A stretch of 64,000 nt of DNA, from assembly GCA_965644295.1 (NCBI GenBank), contig CBFFRP010000668.1, positions 64,267-128,266 on the forward strand. Direction: 5' to 3'. The notes beneath the pieces were generated by a model that was given only the letters and a program-made list of their open reading frames with translations, was not told the DNA's origin and ran no database searches. Below, one piece after another: positions 63,240 through 64,000 of the stretch. Position 1 is the first letter of the stretch. Every line of letters starts with the position of its first letter. Both the position numbers and the translations under genes were made by a program. The DNA comes from Paraphysomonas bandaiensis. Its lineage: Eukaryota; Protista; Chrysophyceae.

Positions 63240-64000
63240 AGCCGATTGGTCTAAGATTCTTAAGTGACGTGTTCCCCGGTTTTTTGAGCTGTGGGGTCAT
63301 GACTCTGTCTCGCCACCAGTGGGGGATGTGGCGATGAGTCCAGAGCGTCTGTAGGAGACCGAGTACCTCGATTTTGACTTGTGGTGTCCAGCTCTTGATC
63401 ATGTTCGTGGTGACCATGGACGGCCCAGGTGCTTTACCTGTGGCCATGTTGTCGAGGGTGGAGTGGAATTCGTTGAGCGTGATTTGTTTCCGTAGGGCTT
63501 CCCGGATTTTTTCCGTAGTGGATGGGCCGACTTTCGTCTTGCAGAGTGTGCGGAGTCCGAGTTGGTGTTGGAGCGGGATAGCGGAATTCGGGTGGAGAGG
63601 GTTGTTTAGGTTGCTGTCTTGGCTTTGGTTAGCTCTCGCCACCAGTTGTCGTCATGGTGTAATCTTTGGGCGGTGGAATCCATGCCTTTAGGAAGGCGTG
63701 GTGTGCCGCGAAGTGCTTGTTCAAGGCTTCCTGTATCTCCGATGGAATGGTGATCGTGGCCCCGTCCTCCAGGGTGAGACGGGTGAGTGCTGGTGTCTGC
63801 TTCCGCTTTAGTCCGATGGATTGGAGGACCTGGCGTAGTTGTTGTGTTTCGAGTTGGGCTTGGAGGGCGTGTGTTCTGGTGGTCATCCGTTTCCTCATTT
63901 CAGCGCGGGCTCTCCCATGGAGCATTCGCATGAGGCTGTCGCGGAGGTTGTCGAAGGCATTGCCCGTGACATTCGTTGTGGTCCATGTCAGCATTTGCCG
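63240..64000 (-). mobile_element. LINE ORF2 fragment (pre-RT and RT start), frameshifted, runs off window
   Basis: ITLNEF..GKAPGPSMVT..IP.WW..KKPG..NLRPIG, the N-terminal signature of non-LTR RT; similarity ends right after LRPIG. Confidence 0.85.

Overview
Eukaryotic nuclear DNA, gene-dense, with short (~45-60 nt) GT-AG introns; a stramenopile (chrysophyte-like) source is plausible but is inference only. About 13 host genes: SCLT1/CEP89-like coiled-coil, NCAPG2, a TM/repeat protein, RFC5, multi-RRM protein, DCTPP1-like, ERGIC3, a CudA-like gene knocked out by a retrotransposon, ASNSD1, REXO4, a 75-aa membrane microprotein, SCAR/WAVE, an ankyrin-like protein and a YisB-like HNH protein. Many mobile elements: hAT derivatives with 8-bp TSDs, LINE fragments, an intact Ty3/gypsy chromovirus and two Ty1/copia elements. 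Two highlights. (1) A non-autonomous retroelement family (3 copies) joins a head that folds into an HDV-like self-cleaving ribozyme to the 3' UTR of a resident LINE. (2) A 10.2-kb insert made of a circularly permuted single-LTR copia fused to a second copia with apparently unprocessed ends sits between 519-bp direct duplications of host DNA, suggesting integrase-independent capture of retroelement cDNA. Coordinates were read by eye and may be off by a few nt.
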